Shown: positions 31,516 to 41,097, numbered from the stretch's first letter. The stretch: DNA of 55,006 nt from an uncultured Dehalococcoidales bacterium (GCA_964408935.1 CAYPBF010000003.1:1-55006); one strand, 5' to 3'. The notes: generated by a model from the sequence alone, not told the origin. Program-made: numbers and translations.

Positions 31516-31536
31516 ATGCATAGGGTTACTAGGTGT
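31516..31536. promoter_or_regulatory. Candidate PadR operator 2
   Basis: ATGCATAG-N5-CTAGGTGT dyad starting 5 nt after the -10 box. Confidence 0.65.
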
Positions 31537-31556
31537 TATAAGGCGAGGTGAACGGT

Positions 31557-31892
31557 ATGGCACAGAGACGTGAACTCATCAAGGGCAGTTTCGATTCCCT
31601 AATTCTTTGTCTTCTCGACCAGCAGTCGATGTACGGCTACCAGATTATCAAGGAGCTGGAGAAGCGTAGCCAAGGCTATTTCCGCTTTAAAGAAGGCACC
31701 CTCTATCCGGCCCTGCACCGCCTGGAGCAATCGGGCCTAATCGAGGGCAAGTGGCAGATGTTGCCTAACGGGCGGCAGCGAAGATACTATCACATCACGG
31801 AAAAGGGGCTTCACGGTCTGGAAACCAAGCGGAGCCAGTGGCTGGATTTCTTGGCAGCGATGAACCTGATTATTCGCCCTCAGTCTGACTGA
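31557..31892 (+). CDS. PadR-family transcriptional regulator
   Basis: MYGYQIIKEL, KEGTLYPALHRLE..GLI, RRYYHITEKG. Confidence 0.95.
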   Translation: MAQRRELIKGSFDSLILCLLDQQSMYGYQIIKELEKRSQGYFRFKEGTLYPALHRLEQSGLIEGKWQMLPNGRQRRYYHITEKGLHGLETKRSQWLDFLAAMNLIIRPQSD

Positions 31893-31904
31893 TGAGGTGT
31901 TGAA

Positions 31905-32804
31905 TTGGCGACGACGCTGACTCATTATCTGGAAATAGTCAGGGATAACCTGAGGCTGGACCGCACCACCGCGCGGGAGGTCCTCAAGGAACTGGCGGCG
32001 CATATCGAGGACGAGGTCCAGGAGCTGAAGGAGGCTGGGCTGTCGGATGAAGAGGCGGCGGATGCCTGTTTGACGCTGATGGGTTCGGCCAAGACGCTCG
32101 CCCGCCAGATATACGAGAGCCACAGCCAGGGTAGCTGGACTCAGGCGCTTTTTGCCGCTATGCCCCACCTGCTTTTCGGTCTGCTCTTCGCCCTCAACTG
32201 GTGGCAGGGTGTTATCGGGTTGCTAACGGCGCTGGTGGTACTTCTCGGAGTGGTGGTCTACGGCTGGTGGCGGGGCAAGCCCTCCTGGCTTTTCTCCTGG
32301 TTGGGCTACTCGCTGCTACCGGTGGTTTTTGCCGGACTGCTCCTGCTCTATCTGCCCCCGGGGTGGTCCTGGGTGGCCATCCTCATCTACATCCCCACGT
32401 CGCTGTGGCTGGTCTGTGCCTTTACTATGAAAGCGATAAAGCGGGACTGGTTATACAGCTCGCTGATGCTGCTGCCGCTGCCGATTATCATCGGCTGGTT
32501 TCTGGCCGTTGAACCGGTGGACAGGTCATCCCTCTACTGGCTGCAACGCCTCCAGGATTTCGCCCCCTGGATCGGGCTTACCTTCCTCTCCCTGGGGGTG
32601 GCTGTAACCACCTTCATCCGCTTGAGAAAACGCTGGCTGAGGATATCGGTCCTGGTAACAGCGGGGCTGATAACCTTGACCATGATTGCTTACTATGCCG
32701 AGGGCAGACTCAGCATACCCGCCTTTTTGGCTCTAGTCTTGGTGATGCTGATTCTACTGCTAAGCCCAGCTTTAGTAGAGCGGACGCTAAAGCATAGCGA
32801 TTGA
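31905..32804 (+). CDS. Membrane protein with N-terminal HAAS/permease-prefix domain
   Basis: YLE.VR..L...EL.AHIED...GLS.EEA...MGSAK.LA followed by multiple TM segments; typical PadR partner. Confidence 0.8.
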   Translation: MATTLTHYLEIVRDNLRLDRTTAREVLKELAAHIEDEVQELKEAGLSDEEAADACLTLMGSAKTLARQIYESHSQGSWTQALFAAMPHLLFGLLFALNWWQGVIGLLTALVVLLGVVVYGWWRGKPSWLFSWLGYSLLPVVFAGLLLLYLPPGWSWVAILIYIPTSLWLVCAFTMKAIKRDWLYSSLMLLPLPIIIGWFLAVEPVDRSSLYWLQRLQDFAPWIGLTFLSLGVAVTTFIRLRKRWLRISVLVTAGLITLTMIAYYAEGRLSIPAFLALVLVMLILLLSPALVERTLKHSD

Positions 32805-32859
32805 CATTTTCTAGGGGCGCTTAACTAGCCTGTGTTTTTTTAGAAGGAGGTGTCTGGCT

Positions 32860-33717
32860 ATGTCTGGAGTCAGAGTGGTTGCCGATAGCGCGGTCTGTTT
32901 GCCCAAAGAGCTTATAGAGAAGTACAACATCGAGCTGGTGCCGGAGACTATCATCTTTGGTACCACCGTCTATCGTGACGGCGTCGACCTAGTGCCCAGT
33001 GAATTCTACGTCAAGTTGGGGGAGGCCAAGGAGCTGCCGACGACATCGGCTCCCTCCCCTCAGGACTTTATTGATGTCTTCCAGAAGGTGGGTAAAGACG
33101 CCGATTCTATTGCCTGCATCTTGGTAACTGCGGGGTTCAGCCATATGGGTTTGCAGGCGGCTATGACCGCTCGTGAGAGCGTTCCCGAGCCGCCGATAGA
33201 GATTATGGACTCACGGACGGCGTTGGGTGCTTATGGCTTCGTCGTCCTGGCGGCAGCCAAGGCGGCCGCAGCGGGTAAGCCACTGCCCGAGGTTATCCAA
33301 GCCGCCCAAGACGTGCAGAAGCGGGTTACGATGATAGCTACCTTGAATACGATTAAGTATCTGGCCAAAGGAGGGCGCATCGGTAAGGCCGCCCACTGGG
33401 CTGGCACTCTGCTCAGCATTAAGCCCATCATAGAAGTACCTCCTTCCACCGGGGTTTTAGAACCGATAGAGAGGGTCAGAACCAGACGAAAGGCACTGCA
33501 GCGATTGCTAGAGATTATGCAGGAGAGGGTCGGCCAAGGACAGCGGGTACACGCTAGTATAGAACAGGCTAATGTGACCGAAGAAGCACAATGGCTTGAG
33601 TCTCAGCTAATATCGCTTTTTGATTGTGCCGAAATTTATATAAATGATTTCGCCCCCGTGGCTGGAGTCCACTGTGGACCGGGGGTAATTGGGATTTCCT
33701 TTTATACCGGGGACTGA
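32860..33717 (+). CDS. DegV-family fatty-acid-binding protein
   Basis: VVADSA, PTTSAPSP, IMDSRT, YLAKGGRI, HCGPG.IG. Confidence 0.92.
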   Translation: MSGVRVVADSAVCLPKELIEKYNIELVPETIIFGTTVYRDGVDLVPSEFYVKLGEAKELPTTSAPSPQDFIDVFQKVGKDADSIACILVTAGFSHMGLQAAMTARESVPEPPIEIMDSRTALGAYGFVVLAAAKAAAAGKPLPEVIQAAQDVQKRVTMIATLNTIKYLAKGGRIGKAAHWAGTLLSIKPIIEVPPSTGVLEPIERVRTRRKALQRLLEIMQERVGQGQRVHASIEQANVTEEAQWLESQLISLFDCAEIYINDFAPVAGVHCGPGVIGISFYTGD

Positions 33718-33731
33718 GGAGTCATTTCTTT

Positions 33732-34589
33732 ATGGCGCCAAAGGTAGCCGTCATTACCGACAGCATAGCCTGCCTCACTAAGGAGCTGGTGGAGCAGTAC
33801 GGCATCAGGATTGCTCCCATTAACCTCTATTTCGAGGATAGGACCTACCGTGACTGGGTGGATATAACCCCTGACGAAGCCTACAAGCTCTTTCTGAAAG
33901 ACCCTGATGCCTTTAAGACCTCGGGGATCAATCCCTCGGAGTGGATAGAGGCCTGCCGTGAGGCCAGCCGGGAGACCGACAGCATCATCTGTATCACCCT
34001 TTCCTCCAAACTGAGCATGGTCTATGACAGCGTTCTGGGGGCAAAAAAGCGCCTTGAAAAAGAGATTCCCGGGCTTTCCGTAGCGGTGATGGACTCCGAG
34101 ACAGTCACGGCCACCGAGGGCTTTGTCGCCCTGGCGGCGGCTCGGGCGGCGGAGGAGGGCAAGTCGTTGTCCGAGGTGGTTGAAGCTGCCGAGACGGTGA
34201 AGAAAAAGGTGGCTATGGTGGCCTTCCTGGATACCATACGCCATGTTTACCGCACCGGACGCATACCCAAGATAGCGGCTTTGGCCGGCTCAATACTTAG
34301 CATCAGGCCGATGCTCACCGTCACCGATGGGGTGGTCAAATTCATGGGCGTGGTGCGGAGCCGCGAGCGGGGCATAAAGAAGATGCTGAAGAAGATGAGG
34401 GAGAAGGTGGGCAAAAACCCGGTGCACGTGGCGGTGATGCACGCCTTCGCCCAGGAAGAGGGCGAGAAGCTGAAGGAACAGGTTGCCGCCGAGTTCAACT
34501 GCGTTGAGCTTTGGCTTACCGGTTTCAGCCCGGTGATGGGCTACGCCACCGGCACGGGCACGCTGGGGCTGGCTTTCTATGAAGATTAG
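33732..34589 (+). CDS. DegV-family fatty-acid-binding protein
   Basis: VITDS, SSKLS, VMDSET, GRI, SIRPML, G.GTLGLAF. Confidence 0.92.
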   Translation: MAPKVAVITDSIACLTKELVEQYGIRIAPINLYFEDRTYRDWVDITPDEAYKLFLKDPDAFKTSGINPSEWIEACREASRETDSIICITLSSKLSMVYDSVLGAKKRLEKEIPGLSVAVMDSETVTATEGFVALAAARAAEEGKSLSEVVEAAETVKKKVAMVAFLDTIRHVYRTGRIPKIAALAGSILSIRPMLTVTDGVVKFMGVVRSRERGIKKMLKKMREKVGKNPVHVAVMHAFAQEEGEKLKEQVAAEFNCVELWLTGFSPVMGYATGTGTLGLAFYED

Positions 34590-34604
34590 CAAGGGGAACC
34601 GGCT

Positions 34605-35495
34605 ATGAAGTGGTGGCTTAAGGTAATACTGGCGCTTCTTCTGGCGGTTATCGCCGCCTTTCTGGGGATTTCGGTCTACCTGGGGCACTCGATGACGGCC
34701 GTGGAGAGGCTGCCCATTACCGAGACCCCCGCTCTCTGCGGGCTTGACTACGAAGAGATAAGCTTTCCCAGTCGTGTCGACGAGCTGACCCTCTACGGCT
34801 GGTATATCCCGGCTGAGGACAGCGATGAGGTTATTATTATGGTGCACGGTGCCGAGCAACACCGTGCCGACCCGACCGTTAAGATGGTGGATATCGCCTG
34901 CGGGTTGGTGGAGCACGGCTATAACGTCGTCATGTTCGATACGCGGGGGCACGGCGAGTCCGAGGGGGACAGGATGTCGGCGGGCTATTTCGAAGTCAGG
35001 GACCTGGGTGGTGCCGTCGACTACGTGATGGCTTTGGGCTTCGAGGACATCGGGGTGCTGGGCTTTTCGATGGGTGGGGCCACTGCCATTCTGACCGCCG
35101 CCGAGGATGACAATATCGATGTCGTCGTCTCCGACAGCGCCTATGCCGATCTTAACGACATGATTGAGCCCCAGTTTGCCGAGCGCACCAGCTTCCCCAC
35201 CTTTTTCCTCCGCCCCCTGCTCTTCATGGTCAAGATGATGTACGGTATCGATTTTACCGATATCAAGCCCGTCGAGGTGGTGGGCGATATCGCCCCAAGA
35301 CCCATCCTCTTCATCCAGGGCGAACTCGACGATACCGTGCCCCCGGAGCATGCCTACAGCCTGTATGAAGCCTCGGATAACCCCTTAAACCAGCTTTGGG
35401 TGCTGCCCGATGTCGGTCATGTTGAGGCTTACGCCAGCTACCCTGAAGAGTATATGGACAGGGTGACCGCTTTCTTCGACGACGCTTTGAAGTAA
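34605..35495 (+). CDS. Membrane-anchored alpha/beta hydrolase
   Basis: N-terminal TM, MVHG, D.RGHGES, GFSMGG nucleophile, GELDDTVP, GHVEA. Confidence 0.9.
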   Translation: MKWWLKVILALLLAVIAAFLGISVYLGHSMTAVERLPITETPALCGLDYEEISFPSRVDELTLYGWYIPAEDSDEVIIMVHGAEQHRADPTVKMVDIACGLVEHGYNVVMFDTRGHGESEGDRMSAGYFEVRDLGGAVDYVMALGFEDIGVLGFSMGGATAILTAAEDDNIDVVVSDSAYADLNDMIEPQFAERTSFPTFFLRPLLFMVKMMYGIDFTDIKPVEVVGDIAPRPILFIQGELDDTVPPEHAYSLYEASDNPLNQLWVLPDVGHVEAYASYPEEYMDRVTAFFDDALK

Positions 35496-35556
35496 TTTCA
35501 TCCATTTCCCCCTATTATGTCTAGCCAAAATAGGCTAAACGCTCTATAATGGGGGC

Positions 35557-36141
35557 ATGGTTAGTCAATTTGTTTCTGACCTACAGCGGCTGACTGATGG
35601 GCTGGGGGAGCTCCCCGAGCCGACGGTCAAGCCGCCCTTTGTCGTCGTCAGCGGCCTGCCGGGGACGGGGAAGTCCTACTTCTGCGCCAAGCTGGCTGAG
35701 AGGCTGCCCTTCGTTATCCTGGAGAGCGACGCCCTGCGCAAGAGGCTCTTCTCGCCACCAAGCTACAGCCCCGAAGAGAGCGCTTACCTCTTTCGGACGC
35801 TGCACCAGCTCATCGAACGGCTGCTCAAAAAAGGCATTCCTCTCATCCTCGACGCCACCAACCTCTCCGAGCGGGACCGCGAGCGCCTCTACAATATCGC
35901 CGAGCGCCTCGACGCCCGTCTCATCCTGGTGCAGGTGGAGGCGCCGCCGGAGTTGGTCTACCAGCGGCTTGAAGCCAGAAAAAACGGCGAAAAATCGGTG
36001 GGCAACTCGGACGCCGACTGGGAGGTCTACCACAAGATGAAGCCAACGGTTGAGAAAATCGGCCGTAAGCACTATGTCGCTGATAGCTCGCGGGATATAA
36101 AGCCCATGCTGGATAAGGTGGTCAGGGAGGCGAGCCGTTAG
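35557..36141 (+). CDS. AAA_33-type P-loop kinase
   Basis: SGLPGTGKS, ESDALRK, LDATNL, SDADW. Confidence 0.85.
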   Translation: MVSQFVSDLQRLTDGLGELPEPTVKPPFVVVSGLPGTGKSYFCAKLAERLPFVILESDALRKRLFSPPSYSPEESAYLFRTLHQLIERLLKKGIPLILDATNLSERDRERLYNIAERLDARLILVQVEAPPELVYQRLEARKNGEKSVGNSDADWEVYHKMKPTVEKIGRKHYVADSSRDIKPMLDKVVREASR

Positions 36142-36172
36142 AAAATCGCTTTAAGTCAGGGGGTTTTTGGAG

Positions 36173-37234
36173 ATGACGGACACCAAGAAGATGAAAGAGC
36201 TGCTGGAGAGGCTGTCCAACGCCCACGGCATTTCGGGCTACGAAGGCGGCGTCAGGGATATCATTAAGAAAGAGGTCGGGGCCTGTGTCGACGAAGTAAA
36301 AGTCGATAACTTCGGCAACCTAATCACCATCAAGAAGGGGAAAGCGCCCTCGGTGATGATTGCCGCCCACATGGACGAAATCGGCCTGATGGTGAAATAC
36401 ATAGACGATGATGGTTTTATCCGCTTCGCTAAGGTGGGGGGCTGGTTCGACCAGACATTGGTCAACCAGCGGGTAGTGCTGCACACCAAGAAGGGTATGA
36501 TTACGGGCGTCATTGGCTCCAAGCCGACGCACGTGATGAAGACCGAGGATAGGAAGAAGGCGATTGAAGCTAAGGATATGTTCATAGATGTCGGCGCTGC
36601 TTCGCGTGACGAGGCCACCAAGATGGGTGTTGAGCCCGGGGTAGCAGTTTCGCTCGACCAGAAGCTGGCGACGTTAACCGACGACAGGGTCACCGGTAAG
36701 GCCTTTGACGACCGCGCCGGCGGGGCCGTGCTCATTGCCGCGCTGCAAAGCATGGCGGGCGTGAAATCAGCCTCGGTATTCGGTGTCTTTACCGTTCAGG
36801 AAGAAGTCGGGCTTAAGGGCGCCCGAACTTCGGCTTTCGGCTTAAACCCCGATGTCGGCATTGCCATAGATACCTGCATAACCGGTGACCACCCCGGTAT
36901 CAAGAAGACCGATTCGGCCATTGAAATCGGCAAGGGGCCGTCGCTTACGGTGATGGATGCCGGGGGGAGGGGGGTGATTACCCATCCCAAGGTGCTGGAG
37001 TGGCTGCGCGAAACGGCTAAGGCTGAGGGTATTCCCTGCCAGATGGAAGTCACCGAGAGTGGCAGTACCGACGCCTCGGCCATCAGCCTGACGCGGGAAG
37101 GCGTCCCTTCGGGGGTGATTAGCATCGCTACTCGCTATATCCACACACCAGTGGAGCTTTTAAGCCTGAAAGACCTCGCCCAGACCGTAGATTTGGTCGT
37201 CGCCGCCATAAAATCGGTCGGCAACTACTTCTAG
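36173..37234 (+). CDS. M42-family (TET-like) metallo-aminopeptidase
   Basis: AHMDEIG, KAFDDRAG, QEEVGLKGA, IAIDT, RYIHTP. Confidence 0.93.
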   Translation: MTDTKKMKELLERLSNAHGISGYEGGVRDIIKKEVGACVDEVKVDNFGNLITIKKGKAPSVMIAAHMDEIGLMVKYIDDDGFIRFAKVGGWFDQTLVNQRVVLHTKKGMITGVIGSKPTHVMKTEDRKKAIEAKDMFIDVGAASRDEATKMGVEPGVAVSLDQKLATLTDDRVTGKAFDDRAGGAVLIAALQSMAGVKSASVFGVFTVQEEVGLKGARTSAFGLNPDVGIAIDTCITGDHPGIKKTDSAIEIGKGPSLTVMDAGGRGVITHPKVLEWLRETAKAEGIPCQMEVTESGSTDASAISLTREGVPSGVISIATRYIHTPVELLSLKDLAQTVDLVVAAIKSVGNYF

Positions 37235-37244
37235 GGGGTTAGTC

Positions 37245-37892
37245 ATGCAGATTAAGTATCTGGGTCACTCTGCTTTTATCATAAGCTCGGCCGGAAGGGT
37301 AAAGATAATAACCGACCCCTATACCACCAGCCCTGACCTGACCTATGGTGAGATAAAGGCGACAGCCGATATCGTTACCGTGAGCCACGACCACTTGGAC
37401 CACTGTAACGTCGCCGCCGTCGGTGGTAACCCCCAGGTGGTGCGGCGGGTGGGGGTCTTCAGCGCTAAGGGCATAGAGTTCAAGGGTATTAACAGCTATC
37501 ACGACGACGATGGGGGGAGGATGAGGGGTGGCAATATCATCTTCTGCTTCGAGGTGGATCGCCTAAAGGTCTGTCATCTCGGTGACCTGGGCCATCGGCT
37601 CGACAATAAGCAGCTGAAAGAGATAGGCAAAGTCGATATCCTGCTCATCCCCGTGGGCGGTTACTTCACCATCGACGCCAAGGTTGCCACCGAGGTCTGC
37701 GAGCAGCTGAAGCCCGGGGTGATTATCCCCATGCACTACCGCACCAACAAGGGCCTGCCCGTCATCGCTGGGGTGGAAGATTTCCTGCGCGGTAAGGACA
37801 AGGTGAAGTGGCTGGATACCAGCCAGGTGGAGTTCAAGGCCGGCGAGCTGCCCGAGGCCGGCCAGATTATCGTGCTCAAATCAGCCTTGTAG
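37245..37892 (+). CDS. MBL-fold metallo-hydrolase
   Basis: YLGHSAF, SHDHLDH, HLGDLG, IPMHY. Confidence 0.9.
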   Translation: MQIKYLGHSAFIISSAGRVKIITDPYTTSPDLTYGEIKATADIVTVSHDHLDHCNVAAVGGNPQVVRRVGVFSAKGIEFKGINSYHDDDGGRMRGGNIIFCFEVDRLKVCHLGDLGHRLDNKQLKEIGKVDILLIPVGGYFTIDAKVATEVCEQLKPGVIIPMHYRTNKGLPVIAGVEDFLRGKDKVKWLDTSQVEFKAGELPEAGQIIVLKSAL

Positions 37893-37979
37893 CTTAGTGC
37901 GGTTGACCATGATTGCGCAGTTGACGGTGGTGGTATAATTAAATATGGGGGTGAGGTTAGGGGGACTGAGAAACATATT

Positions 37980-38588
37980 TTGAAGATAGGTTGTATCGTT
38001 CTTGCCGGGGGCAAGGGTTTACGTCTGGGAAGAGATAAGGCGCTTGAGACAGTTGATGGCCAGAGTTTACTGCAACGGGTGGTAACCCAGCTCAGTTCCT
38101 TTAGCGACGAGGTAATTATTGTTACGGCTAAAGGCAAGTCCCTTCCTCAGTTTTTTGATAACCCGAGCTTTAAAATAGTCGCCGACGCCTATCCGGGCCG
38201 AGGCGCTCTGGTTGGTCTGGCTAGCGGTCTGGCCGCTTCGAAGGCCCGTTATAACTTGGCTGTCGCCTGTGATATGCCCTTCCTCAATCCGGCCCTGCTC
38301 CGTTATATGTTGGGGCTTGCGGCTGGCTTCGACCTGGTGCTCCCCCGACTGAACGATATGGTGGAACCGCTGCATGCCGTTTACGCCAGGAGCTGTCTGG
38401 CTCCCCTGGAACGGCTGCTGGAAGAGGAACATATGAAGATTGACGCCCTTTTCGGGCTGGTTAAGGTCAGGTATGTGGAGGCCGAAGAGATTGACCGCTT
38501 CGACCCGCGCCACCTGAGCTTCTTCAACGTTAATAGCAGCGCCGACCTGGAGAGGGCACAGCAACTGGCCAAGGAGATAAATCAGTGA
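37980..38588 (+). CDS. mobA: Molybdenum cofactor guanylyltransferase
   Basis: LAGGKG.RLGRDKA, VACDMPF, EPLHAVY, FFNVN. Confidence 0.9.
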   Translation: MKIGCIVLAGGKGLRLGRDKALETVDGQSLLQRVVTQLSSFSDEVIIVTAKGKSLPQFFDNPSFKIVADAYPGRGALVGLASGLAASKARYNLAVACDMPFLNPALLRYMLGLAAGFDLVLPRLNDMVEPLHAVYARSCLAPLERLLEEEHMKIDALFGLVKVRYVEAEEIDRFDPRHLSFFNVNSSADLERAQQLAKEINQ

Positions 38589-39844
38589 TAAGCGTTGAGC
38601 AGGCTCTGGAGAAGATTCTGGAGCATATAGAAGTCCTGGAAACAGAAGAAAGCCCGATACTGAGCTGCCTGGGGCAGACGCTGGTCGAGGATATACGTGC
38701 CGAGATAGACATCCCGCCGTTGGACAACTCGGCTATGGACGGCTATGCCGCCAGGGCGGCCGATACCAAAGGCGCCAACCCCAAATCGCCCCGCATCCTG
38801 CGCGTTATCGGCACCGTCACCGCTGGCTCGATTTTTACCTCAAAAGTAGAGGCGGGAACAGCCGTCAGGATTATGACCGGGGCGCCCCTGCCTTCGGGCG
38901 CCGACGCCGTGGTCAAATTCGAGGATACCGACCAGGAGGGGCGGGATAATAGTGCCTCCGAGGTAGGCATTCTGGCCGAGGTAGCTAAGGGGCTGGACGT
39001 ACGGCGGGCGGGCGAGGACATCGCCAAGGGAACGCTGGTGCTGGGCAAGGGAACAGCAATCAGGCCCGCTGAGGTCGGCGTTCTGGCTTCGCTGGGACGC
39101 GGCCTGGTAAAGGTCATCCGCCGTCCGGTAGTGGCTATCCTGGCCACGGGCGATGAGATAGTGGATATCACCAAACCGCTACCTGAGGGCAAGATATACA
39201 ACAGCAACAGCTACAGCCTGGCGGCACTGGTGGCGCGCTACGGGGGAATTCCCAAGATACTGGGTATCGCCACCGATGTGGAAGATTCTTTGGTAGCCCG
39301 CCTCCATCTGGGGCTGGACGCCGATATGCTGGTGACCTCGGGGGGCGTTTCGCTGGGTGATTACGATATCGTACGCGACGTCTTGGCCAAAGAGGGCGAA
39401 GTCGTCTTCTGGCGGGTACGCCAAAAGCCGGGCAAGCCGCTGGCCTTTGGTATGATTAAGGCGTTGGGGGGTGGGGATGGCGTCAAAAAGATACCCCTCT
39501 TCGGGCTGGCGGGCAACCCGGTGAGCGCCATGCTCAACTTCGAGCTCTTCGTCCGCCCCGCCATGCTCAAGATGATGGGCCACCAGAAGCTGGCCAAGCC
39601 GATGATAGAGGCCACCATAGAAGAGCCGATTGTGAACACCGACGGGCGGCGCATCTTTGCCCGCGCCATCGTGGCAAAGCGCGACGGCCAATACTTCGCC
39701 CGCCTTACCGGGCCTCAGGGCTCGGGGATTTTGACCTCGATGACGCTGGCCAACGGGCTGGTAATAGTGCCTGAGGATGCGCCCGGTGTGGAGAAGGGGG
39801 ATTTGGTGCAGGTGATAATGCTGGACTGGGGCGAGGAGGTATAG
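38585..39844 (+). CDS. moeA: Molybdopterin molybdotransferase MoeA
   Basis: PPLDNSAMDGYA, IMTGAPLP.GADAVV, TGDE, SGGVSLGDYD, QKPGKP, GNPVSA. Confidence 0.96.
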   Translation: MISVEQALEKILEHIEVLETEESPILSCLGQTLVEDIRAEIDIPPLDNSAMDGYAARAADTKGANPKSPRILRVIGTVTAGSIFTSKVEAGTAVRIMTGAPLPSGADAVVKFEDTDQEGRDNSASEVGILAEVAKGLDVRRAGEDIAKGTLVLGKGTAIRPAEVGVLASLGRGLVKVIRRPVVAILATGDEIVDITKPLPEGKIYNSNSYSLAALVARYGGIPKILGIATDVEDSLVARLHLGLDADMLVTSGGVSLGDYDIVRDVLAKEGEVVFWRVRQKPGKPLAFGMIKALGGGDGVKKIPLFGLAGNPVSAMLNFELFVRPAMLKMMGHQKLAKPMIEATIEEPIVNTDGRRIFARAIVAKRDGQYFARLTGPQGSGILTSMTLANGLVIVPEDAPGVEKGDLVQVIMLDWGEEV

Positions 39845-39846
39845 CC

Positions 39847-40578
39847 TTGATTGTCGATGCCGAAGGCTTCGTCTTCGAGCCGCCACCGGTGATATCGCGG
39901 GCGCGGCGGGTCTTGATTAAACCCAGTGCCGCCTACGCGACATCCTATCCGGTGAGCACCAGTCAGGAGATGCTGGCTACCATAATCGAGGGCATCCGTC
40001 AGGTCAGTGACGCTGACGTCCTCATCCTGGCGGGCACCCCCGATGGTTCACCCGTCTATCCCATCTACCAGAAGCTGGGCTATAACTTCCCCCGCATTCT
40101 GACGCTGGATGTCAAGGACTGCGTTTGGGTGGAAGTGGATAACCCCCTACCCAAGCCCCTGATTGTGCCCACCTTCTGGGTGCCTAACGTTATCCTTTCC
40201 TGCGACTACCTGATAACGGTGGCGCCCTTGAAGGTGATTGAGGGGCAGGGGTGGCTGAGCATTGCCAACCTGCTCTCGGTGCTGCCCAGCACCAAGTACG
40301 GGGGTGGGATGCCCTGGGGATACGAGGACTTATACGACCTGGAGATAGAACCGGTAATCGCTGACCTCTATTTTACGCTGCCCTTCGATTTGGGCATCAT
40401 TGAAGCCCGCCAGAAGTTCGTTGGGGAAACCAACCCGACCAAGGGCATGATTGAACCGTGCGGCCGTGTTTTTGTCGGTGAGCCTTATGAAATTGACAGC
40501 GAAGCCTCGAAAGAGCTGGGGATTGAGACCGATTACCTAGATTTGATTAAGGAAGCGCGGGTGGGGTTGGAAGAATAA
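39847..40578 (+). CDS. DUF362-like protein
   Basis: RVLIKP, ...D.LITV..LK...G.LSI.N pattern; divergent. Confidence 0.6.
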   Translation: MIVDAEGFVFEPPPVISRARRVLIKPSAAYATSYPVSTSQEMLATIIEGIRQVSDADVLILAGTPDGSPVYPIYQKLGYNFPRILTLDVKDCVWVEVDNPLPKPLIVPTFWVPNVILSCDYLITVAPLKVIEGQGWLSIANLLSVLPSTKYGGGMPWGYEDLYDLEIEPVIADLYFTLPFDLGIIEARQKFVGETNPTKGMIEPCGRVFVGEPYEIDSEASKELGIETDYLDLIKEARVGLEE

Positions 40579-40591
40579 GGGGGTGATGTTC

Positions 40592-40809
40592 GTGTCTTGT
40601 TATCTTAGGCACATGAAGGACGTCCTCGACGAAGCGGGGATAGTGGTTACCCCGTCAACCGCAAGCAGGTCGACCAGGCGGTACATAAGGCGGTGGGTGT
40701 GACCTACAAGGATTGCCCGACTACCTGGAAGAGAGTCAAGCAGGATATAACGGGCGACGAAATTAAGCGCCGCGCTCTTATCGCTCAGATTAAGTCAGCG
40801 GTGGGCTAG
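40592..40809 (+). pseudogene. Small conserved-type protein (MSCYLRHMKD...) split by an apparent 1-nt deletion
   Basis: Frame 1 MSCYLRHMKDVLDEAGIVVT; adding one C in the run at 40650-40653 continues as PVNRKQVDQAVHKAVGVTYKDCPTTWKRVK...AVG* (72 aa); SD GGGGTGA. Confidence 0.7.
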
Positions 40810-41096
40810 TAGCTTATGCCGAACTCGGTATAGCGCCCGCTGGGCTCCGACCAGTTGGTGACCACTCTTTCCACCCTGGCCGCGGGCGGTCCTACGTTAA
40901 GATAGGTAATCAGCTCTTCCAGCCGACTCCTCTCGCCCTCAGCGACTACCTCCACCGAGTCCCCGCGGGGCAGATTGCGTACGTAGCCCTTTAATCCCAG
41001 TCTTCTGGCCCTTTGGGCAGCGAAGGCGCGGAAGAAGACGCCTTGAACGTCGCCGTATATCAAGACCCTGACCGCGGCTAAATCCTTCTTTTCCAT
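40806..41096 (-). CDS. acyP: Acylphosphatase
   Basis: GDVQGVFFRAF, GYVRNL, VEVVAEG, GPPAARV. Confidence 0.95.
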   Translation of the reverse strand: MEKKDLAAVRVLIYGDVQGVFFRAFAAQRARRLGLKGYVRNLPRGDSVEVVAEGERSRLEELITYLNVGPPAARVERVVTNWSEPSGRYTEFGISY

Positions 41097-41097
41097 A

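Noticed and set aside
34290-35351. Long antisense ORFs (this 353-aa one; also 5582-6397, 20131-20721, 39179-39886, 46846-47610)
   Set aside because: Shadows of well-supported GC-rich genes on the opposite strand, with no motifs or SD
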